From IMG/VR virus record IMGVR_UViG_3300008448_000080, positions 1-61,607 of that record: a stretch of 61,607 bases of DNA. The stretch is one strand, 5' to 3'. Each line of letters opens with the position of its first letter. The stretch's first letter is position 1. Under the pieces are notes generated by a model. That model was not told the DNA's origin. It was given only the letters and a program-made list of their open reading frames with translations, and made no database searches. Origin of the DNA: a virus. Taxonomy: Duplodnaviria > Caudoviricetes. Both the position numbers and the translations under genes were made by a program. Positions 25,514 to 34,700 of the stretch are shown in pieces.

Positions 25514-26356
25514 TCAGAACACGGGCTTGCCGCCAGCGGCTCCCTGCGCACCTTCGTCAGCGGAGCCGGGGGCCTGCGACTCATAGGCAGCGCGGGCCTT
25601 GCCGCCTTCGATCAGGGTCTTGATCGCCACGGCGGATTGGAACAGCGGGTCATTGGGGAGCAGGCGGGCTTCGATGGCGTTGGAGCCGTCGAATGCGATG
25701 TCCCAGTTGAAGAACTGACCCTTGTTGTTCTTCTCCGACAAGGTCTTGAGGCGGTACTTGTGGGCGAACAGCGGAGCCGGGATGCGGCGTCCATCCGGCA
25801 GCGGCAGCTGGATGGTCTTGGCCTTGGTCATCCAGCCCTTGTACTTCTTGATCTTCGAGGAGGAGAAGGCCAGGACGGCTTGCGACACGTTCTCATCGTT
25901 GTCGATGGCGACACCGTACACGTAGAACGTCTCAATCAGCTCGTTGCCGTCCGGGGTCTTGTAGTCACCGAAGGGTTGGTTGGCCACGCAGTTGCGGACC
26001 AGATCGCTGGAGGGCTCGTGGATGCCCACGAAACCACCGCCCGCGTCACGGGGCTTCCATTCCACGTACACGTGCTGAGTCGTGGCCGGGACGAAGGCAA
26101 TGCCGGTCTTGCCTTCAAAGATTTCACCCGTCACGGTGTTCAGAATCATGCCCTGACGCAAGGCATCGTTGTCCTGCAGCTGCGGGCTGAGGGCCTGCAG
26201 AATCTGAAGGAACGGGATGCTGTAGTCATCGCTGGTCTGGTTCTCGAAACCCGCACCGGCGTAATCGGCATATGCGCCATACTCCGCCACGGCGGTGTTT
26301 TGGTTCGCAACTGCGACTTCGGTGCTTGCTGCTTCGGTTTTCTTGCTGGTAGCCAT
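25514..26356 (-). CDS. Conserved replication protein, probable ssDNA-binding protein
   Basis: IPFLQILQALSPQ, YVEWKPR..GGG motif; flexible tail ending in F; replication module. Confidence 0.65.
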   Translation of the reverse strand: MATSKKTEAASTEVAVANQNTAVAEYGAYADYAGAGFENQTSDDYSIPFLQILQALSPQLQDNDALRQGMILNTVTGEIFEGKTGIAFVPATTQHVYVEWKPRDAGGGFVGIHEPSSDLVRNCVANQPFGDYKTPDGNELIETFYVYGVAIDNDENVSQAVLAFSSSKIKKYKGWMTKAKTIQLPLPDGRRIPAPLFAHKYRLKTLSEKNNKGQFFNWDIAFDGSNAIEARLLPNDPLFQSAVAIKTLIEGGKARAAYESQAPGSADEGAQGAAGGKPVF

Positions 26357-26461
26357 TTGGAAATACTCCTGTTGAAATGAGCGGGATGTTTAGCGGCCCC
26401 CGGTCGAATAGCCGTTGCTGTCTTTCCAGCAGTCGCCCATACCCAGGGCTGGGGAATCTGG

Positions 26462-27010
26462 TCAGACCTCGATCTTGGCGATGCGTTGGCGGTGGACGCC
26501 AAACAGGTCCAGGGGGAGTTCTTCGCCTTCGCGCAGCTTCTCACGAACAAAGGCTGCGAGAGTGGAGGGGTGCACGTTGGCGACATCGTCCACCTCGAAG
26601 TCGCCTTGAAGGCGGTGGTGAAGTTCCTCCGCCTTCGCGTCCTCCCCTTTGCCGAAGGCCACGGACACGACACGCTTGATCAGGCCCGCGTGACCGTTCG
26701 CCTTGAGCCACGCGAAGGCCAGCGGGGCCTTCGCCTTCGGGATGGAGGCGCGGATGATTTCGTCAATCTTGATCTTCAGGCCGGAGGCGGTCTTGAACTC
26801 CGCCACACCCACCTGATCCATGAGTTCGGGCACCTGGCGCTCCGCGATGTCCTTCAGCTCCTCCCGGGCGGCGTTGAGTTGGGCTTCCAGCTGGGCCACC
26901 TTGGCGGCGGCGGCGGCTTGGAGTTCGGCCAGCTGAGAGAGCTGGGAGAGTTCGCCACCGTTGTCGGAAGCGGCCTGGACATAATCCAGGTAAGAGGATG
27001 CGTCATTCAT
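26462..27010 (-). CDS. Conserved hypothetical protein (coiled coil; AFAWL...GH..LIK; VHPSTL.AFVRE)
   Basis: GGAG SD before the ATG at 27010; common in phage replication modules. Confidence 0.75.
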   Translation of the reverse strand: MNDASSYLDYVQAASDNGGELSQLSQLAELQAAAAAKVAQLEAQLNAAREELKDIAERQVPELMDQVGVAEFKTASGLKIKIDEIIRASIPKAKAPLAFAWLKANGHAGLIKRVVSVAFGKGEDAKAEELHHRLQGDFEVDDVANVHPSTLAAFVREKLREGEELPLDLFGVHRQRIAKIEV

Positions 27011-27014
27011 GAGT

Positions 27015-27305
27015 TCAATCTCCGGAGTCGATTTGGTAGCTGTGGCCGCAATGCTTGCAGGTGTAGTCGGTGAGGCACCGGCCCGCGTTCCGGGAGACGT
27101 ATTCATGAGTGCAAGGCGTTCCGTCATCGCGGAGGACGGATTGGCCGGTGGGGCGTCCGTACATCGTTTGGCCACCGCAGTTGTGGCAGGGGAGGGTGTC
27201 CGTGTCGGAGTCATAGCCAGCAATCACTGACTTGTACTTCACGTCACCGGCGGCGCGGCGTCCGGTTCCGTTACACACCGGACAGGTGCAGGGTTCACGC
27301 TTCAT
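27015..27305 (-). CDS. Cys-rich zinc-finger protein (CPVCNGTG; CHNCGG; CKHCG)
   Basis: ATG at 27305 behind the conserved leader and promoter. Confidence 0.75.
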   Translation of the reverse strand: MKREPCTCPVCNGTGRRAAGDVKYKSVIAGYDSDTDTLPCHNCGGQTMYGRPTGQSVLRDDGTPCTHEYVSRNAGRCLTDYTCKHCGHSYQIDSGD

Positions 27306-27358
27306 TGAGGCTCCATTTCTGTTCAAGGTTCCGGTCCATTTCGTTCGACCGTGAGAGA

Positions 27359-27387
27359 AGTATAGTGCGAAAAAGTATAGAAGAAAA
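27359..27387 (-). promoter_or_regulatory. Phage promoter TTTTCT-N17-TATACT
   Basis: Variant of the motif family, followed by the conserved leader. Confidence 0.6.
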
Positions 27388-27393
27388 CCCTCA

Positions 27394-27738
27394 TCAACCG
27401 AATAGATTTTGGGCCACCACCGCGATGTAGCGTTGGTCCTTCCCGCTCCACTGAAGCAAGGACACGCGGCCCTCGTTGAAGTCCGCTGCGAGGGCGACAG
27501 ACAGCCCAATCAGGACCGGGTTGCCCACCAAGAGCAGGTGGTCCCCGTCCCGGTAGTCCTTCAGCTTCTCCCGCAACTCCGCAATCACCGGCTCCGGGCG
27601 GAAGGGCGCGGCAGTAGGGCTCAGCAGGTAAGTGAGCTCACCGAACTCCGCTGCCGGTTCGAGGTCAAACTTGGGCTCAAACTTCTGTTTGTCCCGGTCC
27701 CAGCGATGCTGGTTTTGTACAACAAATACACGATTCAT
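27394..27738 (-). CDS. Conserved hypothetical protein
   Basis: A.EFGEL..LL...D.LLLVGNP...LLQW pattern; coupled to the helicase gene. Confidence 0.75.
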   Translation of the reverse strand: MNRVFVVQNQHRWDRDKQKFEPKFDLEPAAEFGELTYLLSPTAAPFRPEPVIAELREKLKDYRDGDHLLLVGNPVLIGLSVALAADFNEGRVSLLQWSGKDQRYIAVVAQNLFG

Positions 27739-29429
27739 AACCATTCCTTCAGGCGGTCGCCAGTAATCTGGGACGCCACGTTGAACTTGTTTCTCAAGGA
27801 CTCCACAACCTTTTCGTCCACCGAGTCCTCAGCAACCAAGTCGATGTACAGCACCGGGTTGTCCTGACCGATACGGTGGGCACGATCTTCCGATTGTAGG
27901 CGATCGATCAACTTGAAGCTGTTGGAGTAATAAATGACGGTCTTGGCGGCGGTGAGCGTCAGGCCCGTAGCACCGGCGGCGGGGTTGCCCACGAACACCT
28001 TGGCCTGCTCCTCCGGCGGGATAGCCTCCCGCCCAGTCACCTGCGCCCCTTCGTACAGCGTGCGCTCCCCTTGGAACAGGGCCTTGGCCTCCGCCCGCTC
28101 GTCGTCATTCACCAGTCCGTCATACCGCACGGCGCGGATGCCCCGGGCGCGGAGGGCTTCGAGGATGAGCGTGATGTCCATCTGGAACCGGGCCCAGACA
28201 ATCACCTTGTGCTGGGACTCCTCGATCAGCTCCACCAACATGTCCAGGCGGCGGTTCGGTCCGGGTATCGTGTACAGCGGCTCCTTCTCATCGTCCGTGG
28301 GGATGTACCCGCAAGTGATCTGCTGAAGGCGGAGGAGCCGGGTGATTGCGAGGGCGGCAATCACGGGCGTGGTGCCTTCGAGGTTCAGGGCGTCCGCTCC
28401 CCCGCAATCGGGGCAGGGGTAGATGAAGCCGTCAACCTCCACTTCCTTCCGTCCGTGGCACGTGGGGCAGACCTCCTCCCCGGGCGGGAGTTCGAGGGCT
28501 TGCGCTTCCTTCTCCAGTCCGCCCGTCTCCAGCCAGACGATGAACTCATCACGCATCTGGCGGTACAACTTGCCCTGCTCCGGGGTCATCGGGAAGAACC
28601 GCTTGTTGTACAGCTTGGGCGGGAGGTCCAGCACGTCATCCTTCGTCACGCGGGAGGAGACGGGCTGCAGGAGGGCGTTGAGCTGATCCAGGCGGCGATA
28701 GCCCACCAGCACGTCATACTCCCGGCCCGTGTTCTGCTTTGTCTTCGGGTCATAGGCGGTAGGGTTCCAACCCTTCTTCCAGATGCCAAAGTGGGTCTTG
28801 AACTCCGTGAAGGTGCCCAAGCCGTTCTCCTTCCAGTACCCCTCGTGCAGGAACTTGATCTGGGTGTAGGCGTCGAACGGACCCTGCGCAATCGGGGTCC
28901 CCGTGAGGACCCGGCGGAAGGGCGCATATTTGGCGGACTTGAGGATGGACTTCGTGCGGTCCGCGTCCGGGCTTTTGATGTAGTGGGCCTCATCCAGGAC
29001 GTACAGCAGGCGGCGCTTGTCGAAGAAGTCGATCAACGCACGCTTCCCGGTAGCCGTCATGAATGCGTCATAGCTGATCGTCAGCCACGCGAAGCCCTTG
29101 TGCTCGATGACCGCCTTGACGGCCTGCTTGTGCCACTTCGTATCGGCCCGGGGGGACTGGTAGTGGAAGGCGCGAACGTGCCCAATCACATCGTCCGGCA
29201 CGTGGTCCGGGATTTCCTTCTCAGTCCAGTTGCGGTGCACCCCGTTCGGGGCCACGATGAGAACCCCGTCAATCAGGCCCCGGTTCCAGAGCCAGCAGGC
29301 GGTGTCGATGGTCAGCTTGGACTTGCCGGTGCCCTGTTCCCAGAAGATGGCGCGGGCTTCTTCCTCCCGGCTGCGGTCCCATTCGTCCTTCTGATGGCCG
29401 AAGGGGGTGGTTTTGAACTGATAATCCAT
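27735..29429 (-). CDS. SNF2-family (SF2) helicase with zinc-finger insertion
   Basis: EQGTGKS, LDEAH, LTGTP, GLTLTAA, QSEDRAHRIGQ. Confidence 0.93.
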   Translation of the reverse strand: MDYQFKTTPFGHQKDEWDRSREEEARAIFWEQGTGKSKLTIDTACWLWNRGLIDGVLIVAPNGVHRNWTEKEIPDHVPDDVIGHVRAFHYQSPRADTKWHKQAVKAVIEHKGFAWLTISYDAFMTATGKRALIDFFDKRRLLYVLDEAHYIKSPDADRTKSILKSAKYAPFRRVLTGTPIAQGPFDAYTQIKFLHEGYWKENGLGTFTEFKTHFGIWKKGWNPTAYDPKTKQNTGREYDVLVGYRRLDQLNALLQPVSSRVTKDDVLDLPPKLYNKRFFPMTPEQGKLYRQMRDEFIVWLETGGLEKEAQALELPPGEEVCPTCHGRKEVEVDGFIYPCPDCGGADALNLEGTTPVIAALAITRLLRLQQITCGYIPTDDEKEPLYTIPGPNRRLDMLVELIEESQHKVIVWARFQMDITLILEALRARGIRAVRYDGLVNDDERAEAKALFQGERTLYEGAQVTGREAIPPEEQAKVFVGNPAAGATGLTLTAAKTVIYYSNSFKLIDRLQSEDRAHRIGQDNPVLYIDLVAEDSVDEKVVESLRNKFNVASQITGDRLKEWL

Positions 29430-29499
29430 GTGTGAGGCTCCTTTTCTATGATCACAGCGAAGTTTAGCCCGGAACTGGCCCAGAAGGGAACCCGAACAC

Positions 29500-29828
29500 G
29501 TGCGCTTGACTTAGTGGGTTTCTACTTGACTTCGGGACCCGAAGAAGTATAGAACCCAAGTACATGTCTAAGCCCCACATTTATATGGGTTTTCTTATCT
29601 TTTATTATTATTATTACTTAACTTACTTAACTTACTTACCTTCATTCCCCGGGAGCCGTTCTGGGCTGTCCCGCCGGTTCTATCGGGCGAACTGAAAAAG
29701 AAGTGGAGTAAGTCAAGTAAGTCAAGCGCACCGTGCCGAAGTTCCACCCCCGTATGGGTTTAATGTGCGCTTGGGTTCTATACTTCTTCGGGCACGAAGT
29801 CAAGTAGGGCGGCGCGAAGTCAAGCGCA
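29500..29828. repeat. Non-coding element copy A (inverted arms, 9-bp iterons, AT-rich core)
   Basis: 48-bp core 29590-29637 identical to 58871-58918; 26-bp block 29645-29670 identical to 58926-58951. Confidence 0.9.
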
Positions 29829-29830
29829 GC

Positions 29831-30196
29831 TCAGTGGGTCACCTTCTTCGCCCACTCCACCACACCCATGACGATCAGTGAGAACAGCCCCGTGACGAAG
29901 ATGCCGGTGAGGACCAGCATGCCCTTCTTCTTGATCTCCTCCCCGGACTCCCGCCAGGCCCGGAGGTGCTGGAAGTCTCGCTGCATCGCAATCGGGTCGG
30001 AGGAGTCCACGCCCATCTGGAGGAGGGTCTGGCGGACGGCTTCGGCCACCAGCTTTGTGATTTCCTCGTGATTGAGGCTCACCTTCTCAGCAGCGGCGGT
30101 TGCGGCCTTCTCTGCTGCTTCTTCAACTTCAGCCTTCGCGGCGCGGGTAGCGGCACTGATGGCCAATTGTTCGATTTCAGCAGCAGTCAGTGCCAT
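29831..30196 (-). CDS. Membrane protein with one C-terminal TM helix (holin/antiholin-like?)
   Basis: GMLVLTGIFVTGLFSLIVMGVV hydrophobic segment; GGAGG SD. Confidence 0.7.
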   Translation of the reverse strand: MALTAAEIEQLAISAATRAAKAEVEEAAEKAATAAAEKVSLNHEEITKLVAEAVRQTLLQMGVDSSDPIAMQRDFQHLRAWRESGEEIKKKGMLVLTGIFVTGLFSLIVMGVVEWAKKVTH

Positions 30197-30277
30197 GATT
30201 TCATCCTCCGGGGGCGGTGTTGTTCGTCAAATAGTGCGTATTGTATCGTGGTTGGGTAGGGGAGGGCAAATTGTTGA

Positions 30278-31720
30278 TCAACCCGCTCCGATCATTGACC
30301 AATTCAGTATCCGGGACACAGACCCGCTCGTGACTTGGGCCTCCAGGATATAGCCAGCCCCGGGGTTGTAGGCCACGGACAGGCCCGTGATCTGATTGAC
30401 CACCGTGTGAATCCCTCCGTTCGGGTCACATACAAATACCGCAGCCCCGCCCAAGCTGTTGTCCCGGAAGCGGAGGATGCCGCTGGTGGCGGTGCTTCCC
30501 GCCAGTTGCACGGGAGTATTCAGGGCGGTCAACGTGATCGACTGACCTTGGTAGATCATCCCGCCGGTCAAGCTGGGGTTCGACTTCGCAGCAGCGTCCG
30601 TGATGCCGTACCCGGACAATGTCGTGGGCTTCGAGGACAACCCAGAGAAGGGAATGTCAATATTGGCGGAACCGTCGAAGGACACCCCGGCGATGTTTCG
30701 GGCGGTCGCCAGCTTGGTGGCTGTGGATGCGTTGCCCTCGAAGCCGGGGGCCTTCACGCTTCCCCGCACTTCGATGTTCCCGGCGGTAGAACCCATGGTG
30801 ATCACGGGGAGCCCAGGGTCATCGTTGTTGTTCCAGGAACCCACGTACACATACAGCACGTTCTGAACCGTGCCTTGGAATGAGGTGTAGGACGAAGGCT
30901 TGATGCGTCCCAGAATGGAATTGGCGTTGCCCCCGGACACGTTCATGCGCCACGTTATTTCCTTCCCGGCAGCGGCTCCCGTGGCCGTGTCCCAGATGTT
31001 GAAGGCGTTGTCCAAGCGGAGGGCGTTGACTAGGGTGCCCAAGGTCGTGAGGTTCGTGGAACCGGCCCACGTACTCAAGGCGGTGTTCTCCACGTTGCTC
31101 AGGCCCACGGCGGCTTTGTTCAGCGTCTGCCAGGACTTGTCGCCCCTCCAGTATTGCGCAGTGGTTCCGGCGGTGATGCCGGGTTCCTTCGCGGACCATG
31201 CCGATTGGGCTGCGTCGGAGGGGATGGAGTACCCGGCGGAGTAGCTGATTGCAATAGTGCCGGAGGACGTGACGGGAGAGCCCGAAACAGACAGCCCTGT
31301 AGGTACGGACACCCCCACTGACGTAACAGTGCCTGCGGTGGAACTCGTGCCAGCGCCAATGGCCGTTCGGAAGGCGGCTGCGTCCAGGGCGCTGACGGTG
31401 TTGTCGGCGTTGAATCGCGGGAAGCGGACGGCCCCCGGGTTGGTGATCGTGAACAGGTTACTGCCCAGGGTCGTTGCGCCCAGGTTCGTCCGGGCGGTCC
31501 CGGCGTTCGCAACGTCAGACAGGTTGTTGGCTGACTTGAGATAACCCACCAAGGCCCCGCTCACCGCATCGGCCAGAACGGAGAAGGGCAGGCGCAGCAG
31601 TCCTCCCGTCTCCGAGTTGCGAATCAGCAGCGTGTCGTTGGGCGTGATGTCCACCAGTACGGCTTCGGGGTCATCCGTAAAGCGTTTCAACAACGCAATG
31701 TCAAAAATCGGGTCTGCCAT
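30278..31720 (-). CDS. Tail fibre protein
   Basis: ANNLSDVANAGTARTNLG, GNASTATKLATARNIAGVSFDGSANI and KPTTLSGYGITDA fibre motifs. Confidence 0.85.
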   Translation of the reverse strand: MADPIFDIALLKRFTDDPEAVLVDITPNDTLLIRNSETGGLLRLPFSVLADAVSGALVGYLKSANNLSDVANAGTARTNLGATTLGSNLFTITNPGAVRFPRFNADNTVSALDAAAFRTAIGAGTSSTAGTVTSVGVSVPTGLSVSGSPVTSSGTIAISYSAGYSIPSDAAQSAWSAKEPGITAGTTAQYWRGDKSWQTLNKAAVGLSNVENTALSTWAGSTNLTTLGTLVNALRLDNAFNIWDTATGAAAGKEITWRMNVSGGNANSILGRIKPSSYTSFQGTVQNVLYVYVGSWNNNDDPGLPVITMGSTAGNIEVRGSVKAPGFEGNASTATKLATARNIAGVSFDGSANIDIPFSGLSSKPTTLSGYGITDAAAKSNPSLTGGMIYQGQSITLTALNTPVQLAGSTATSGILRFRDNSLGGAAVFVCDPNGGIHTVVNQITGLSVAYNPGAGYILEAQVTSGSVSRILNWSMIGAG

Positions 31721-31732
31721 TATGTCCTCCAG

Positions 31733-31764
31733 AAGGAAGGCCCCGGGCGTCCGGGGCCTTCTTC
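31733..31764 (-). terminator. GC-rich hairpin, probable terminator
   Basis: GAAGGCCCCGG-acgc-CCGGGGCCTTC between the tailspike and fibre genes. Confidence 0.55.
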
Positions 31765-31765
31765 A

Positions 31766-34700
31766 TTACGCTTCGATGATTTCCAGCACCGGGGAACTTC
31801 CGGCCTCAATTACCCGGAGGAGCGGAACAGCGGCCCCCTCCACCAAGTTGCCAGCCGTGGACGATACCCCGAAGGTGTCCCCGAAGGCAAGGGAGGCGGA
31901 GCCCTCGAACTTCAACTGCTGGGTCATGAATTGACCGTCCTTCTGAACCCGTCCGAAGCGGCCCGGGGCGATGTTCTCCAGGGCGATGCCGGCCACCAGC
32001 ACGCGGGCATCCGCGTTGGTAGCCTTCCGGCAGAGACGGCGGGAACCGTCGAAGGATACGGCCTGACCCTTCAGGACCACAGCGTTGCTGTTATTCTGCA
32101 GCTTCAACTCCCGGTCCAGCTGGTACACCTTGGCCACCCCGTCATACGGGTTCAGCTCCGAGAAGGCCCGCCCAGCACCATCGTTCAGCAACGTGTTCAG
32201 AGTGCTGACGATCGTGGCGTTCGATTGTCCCGTGAAGTTCTGATTCAACGTGAGGGTCTTGGTCACAGCTCCTCCGTCGAACACGATGTTCAGAACCTTG
32301 TTCACGCTGGTGCAGTCGCCCAAGCGGGTTCCGAGGTCGATGCCTGCGAATCCGTTGTAACAGCTGATCGCGTGAGCACTCCATACCCGGGCGGCGTAGC
32401 CGGAGCCCCCATATTGATACTCGGGGGACACGCCGAACAACGGTGCCGCAGCGGAACCGGACACCGTCACCGAGCTTCCCACGGCATCCAAGCTGCGCAA
32501 CTCCAGCACGTTTGCGTAGTTGTAGGCGTCCCAGGCCACGGGGGAAGAACTGGAGATGAACACTTCTGTTTCCGAGTTCATGTTGCCCCGGTAGTTGTAG
32601 GGTTGGTTGGACAGCATCGGCAGAGGGGAGAAGTTCAACCGCCCCTCCACGTGCGAACCCTTGATCACCAAACGGTCCGGGGTTCCGGAGCCCAGGCACT
32701 GGATGACCAGGGCGCTTCCGGAGGTGGTCGTGCAAATACTCTGGGACTGGTCCAACTCTACGTGCACAGGCTCCGCAAAATCACGATGAGTGTGGAAGTA
32801 GAAGGGACTGGTGCGGCTGATCCACTGAGTGCGGCGGCTGATGATCGTCTGACCGCTGTGCGTACCACAACCCCAGGCGTGTTCCGAACCCCATACAGCA
32901 GCGGGGTCCCCACCATTGGCGATTTGGTAGGCGCGGGCCTCCTCGTTGCCGAGGTGTTCCACGTAGCAATCCTCAGTCTCCTGATAGGCCCGGAGCCCGG
33001 AGGGTCCACTGTCCGAGTGGATTGGGTAGCGCATATTCTGGCAAGTCACCTTCACGTTCCGGACGCGGCCCGTGCCGTTCCAGTACCAAGTCTGGTGGTT
33101 CGGGATTTCGCTCACGGGGGTGCTGGCGGGCATATAGCCCTTGAACCAGATTTGGTCCCGTTGGCCAATGCCCACCACGTCAACGAAGTCCGGGAACCAG
33201 GTGTCCAGGTCCGTGTAGATGCCCTCATACACCTTGTACAGCACCCGCTTGTTAGTGTCGCTTCCTCCGCCTTCGGCAGCGATAGCTGCGGCCAGGGTCG
33301 TGTAGTTCCCGGTGCCGTCCGGTTTGACGGTGATGGTCTTGATGTACGTGAAGGCGTTGGACGAAACCGGGGTGTACAAGCCTTGACGGAACGTCAGCGC
33401 CATGTCCGCCAGCGAATAGCCCAAGGACCCGGGCGTGTTGTGCGTCCCACCCACGGACTCGAACACCAGCTGCATGCCCGCGTAGGTCACCCAACCTTCC
33501 GTGGTCCGGGCTCCGCTGGTGGACACTTGAACGAACGGGCGCAGGTGGGTTTCCGTACCGTCGAAGCGGTACGTGAATTCAGCCAGGAACGTGTTTTTGT
33601 CCAACTTGCGGAAGCTGGAAGTGCGAGCAGCCTGAGTCAGAATGCTGCCCACGTACTTCGAGAGGTTCCCGCCCAACCCGGTCGTGTCGGTGATGTCGTC
33701 AGACGTGCGCAGCAGGACGTAGATGCGAACTTGGGCACCCTTGTACTTGGCCACGTGAGCCACGGGGAATTTGAATGCGCAGTAGGTCGTCAGGCCGGAG
33801 GACCCCGCTGGAATCGTGAAGCCCCAACCACCGTCCCGGGAGGTTGCCCCGTTGAACGTCTCCGTCAGCGTCTCCGAGTAGTCATACAGGTCCCCGGACG
33901 TGACCTTGTTCTCCAGCAGGCGGCGATGAATCACCGCTTCGTTCTGCTCCAAGTCCTTGAGCTTGTAGCTGACCGTCACGGGGCTGTAGTACCCAGCGTT
34001 GGTAGCCGTGCGGCCTCCAATTTGGATGTACAAACCCACGTACTCCGTCAGGGCTCCTTGAATCACGTAGTCCCCACGAATCCGAATGCGCGTGGTGCTC
34101 ATTTGCTCCACGATCAAGGACCCCGAAACAGCCATGCCCGTCTCGTTCGCCCCGTCCAGGAAGCCGTTGATGTTTACCCAAAACGGAGCAGTGCTGTAAA
34201 AGTTGGCCGGGCATTCAACTTCCAGCTCCAACTCAACCGTCGAACCTTCGCTGAGGCGTTCAAGGTGGAGGGGGAGTTGATACACGATGTAACTGTTCAC
34301 GCCAGTCGAACCTTCGGGGATATTGATCAGCCCAGAAGTAAGGTTCACGGAGGCTCCGTTGAAGGCTTGCCCGTAGCCGTCGAAGATCGGAAGATCACCC
34401 ACTGGGGTCAGCCCATAACCCGCCAGACGTGCCGTGTAGAAGTCCATCACATCCGTGAAGCCCCGGGCGTCCATCGGTACGATGAATTGACCCACGGCAG
34501 ACCAACTCAGGGTGCTGGCCAGGGCTCCGGTGGAGTTCTTCTGGAGGTACATGCTCACGGTTCCTTCGCTGCCCGAAGCCAGGTAGTCAGCCGTGAGCAG
34601 GTAGGAGGTGCTGCTGATTTTCGTGATCAACTTGTTCGTCACGGTTCCGATAGTTCCCGTGGCGTCCACTTGCAGGAACCAATCCGGACCGTCCCCCGCA

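Noticed and set aside
29590-29730. Short tandem repeats as a possible CRISPR array
   Set aside because: 9-bp units without unique spacers, and no cas genes
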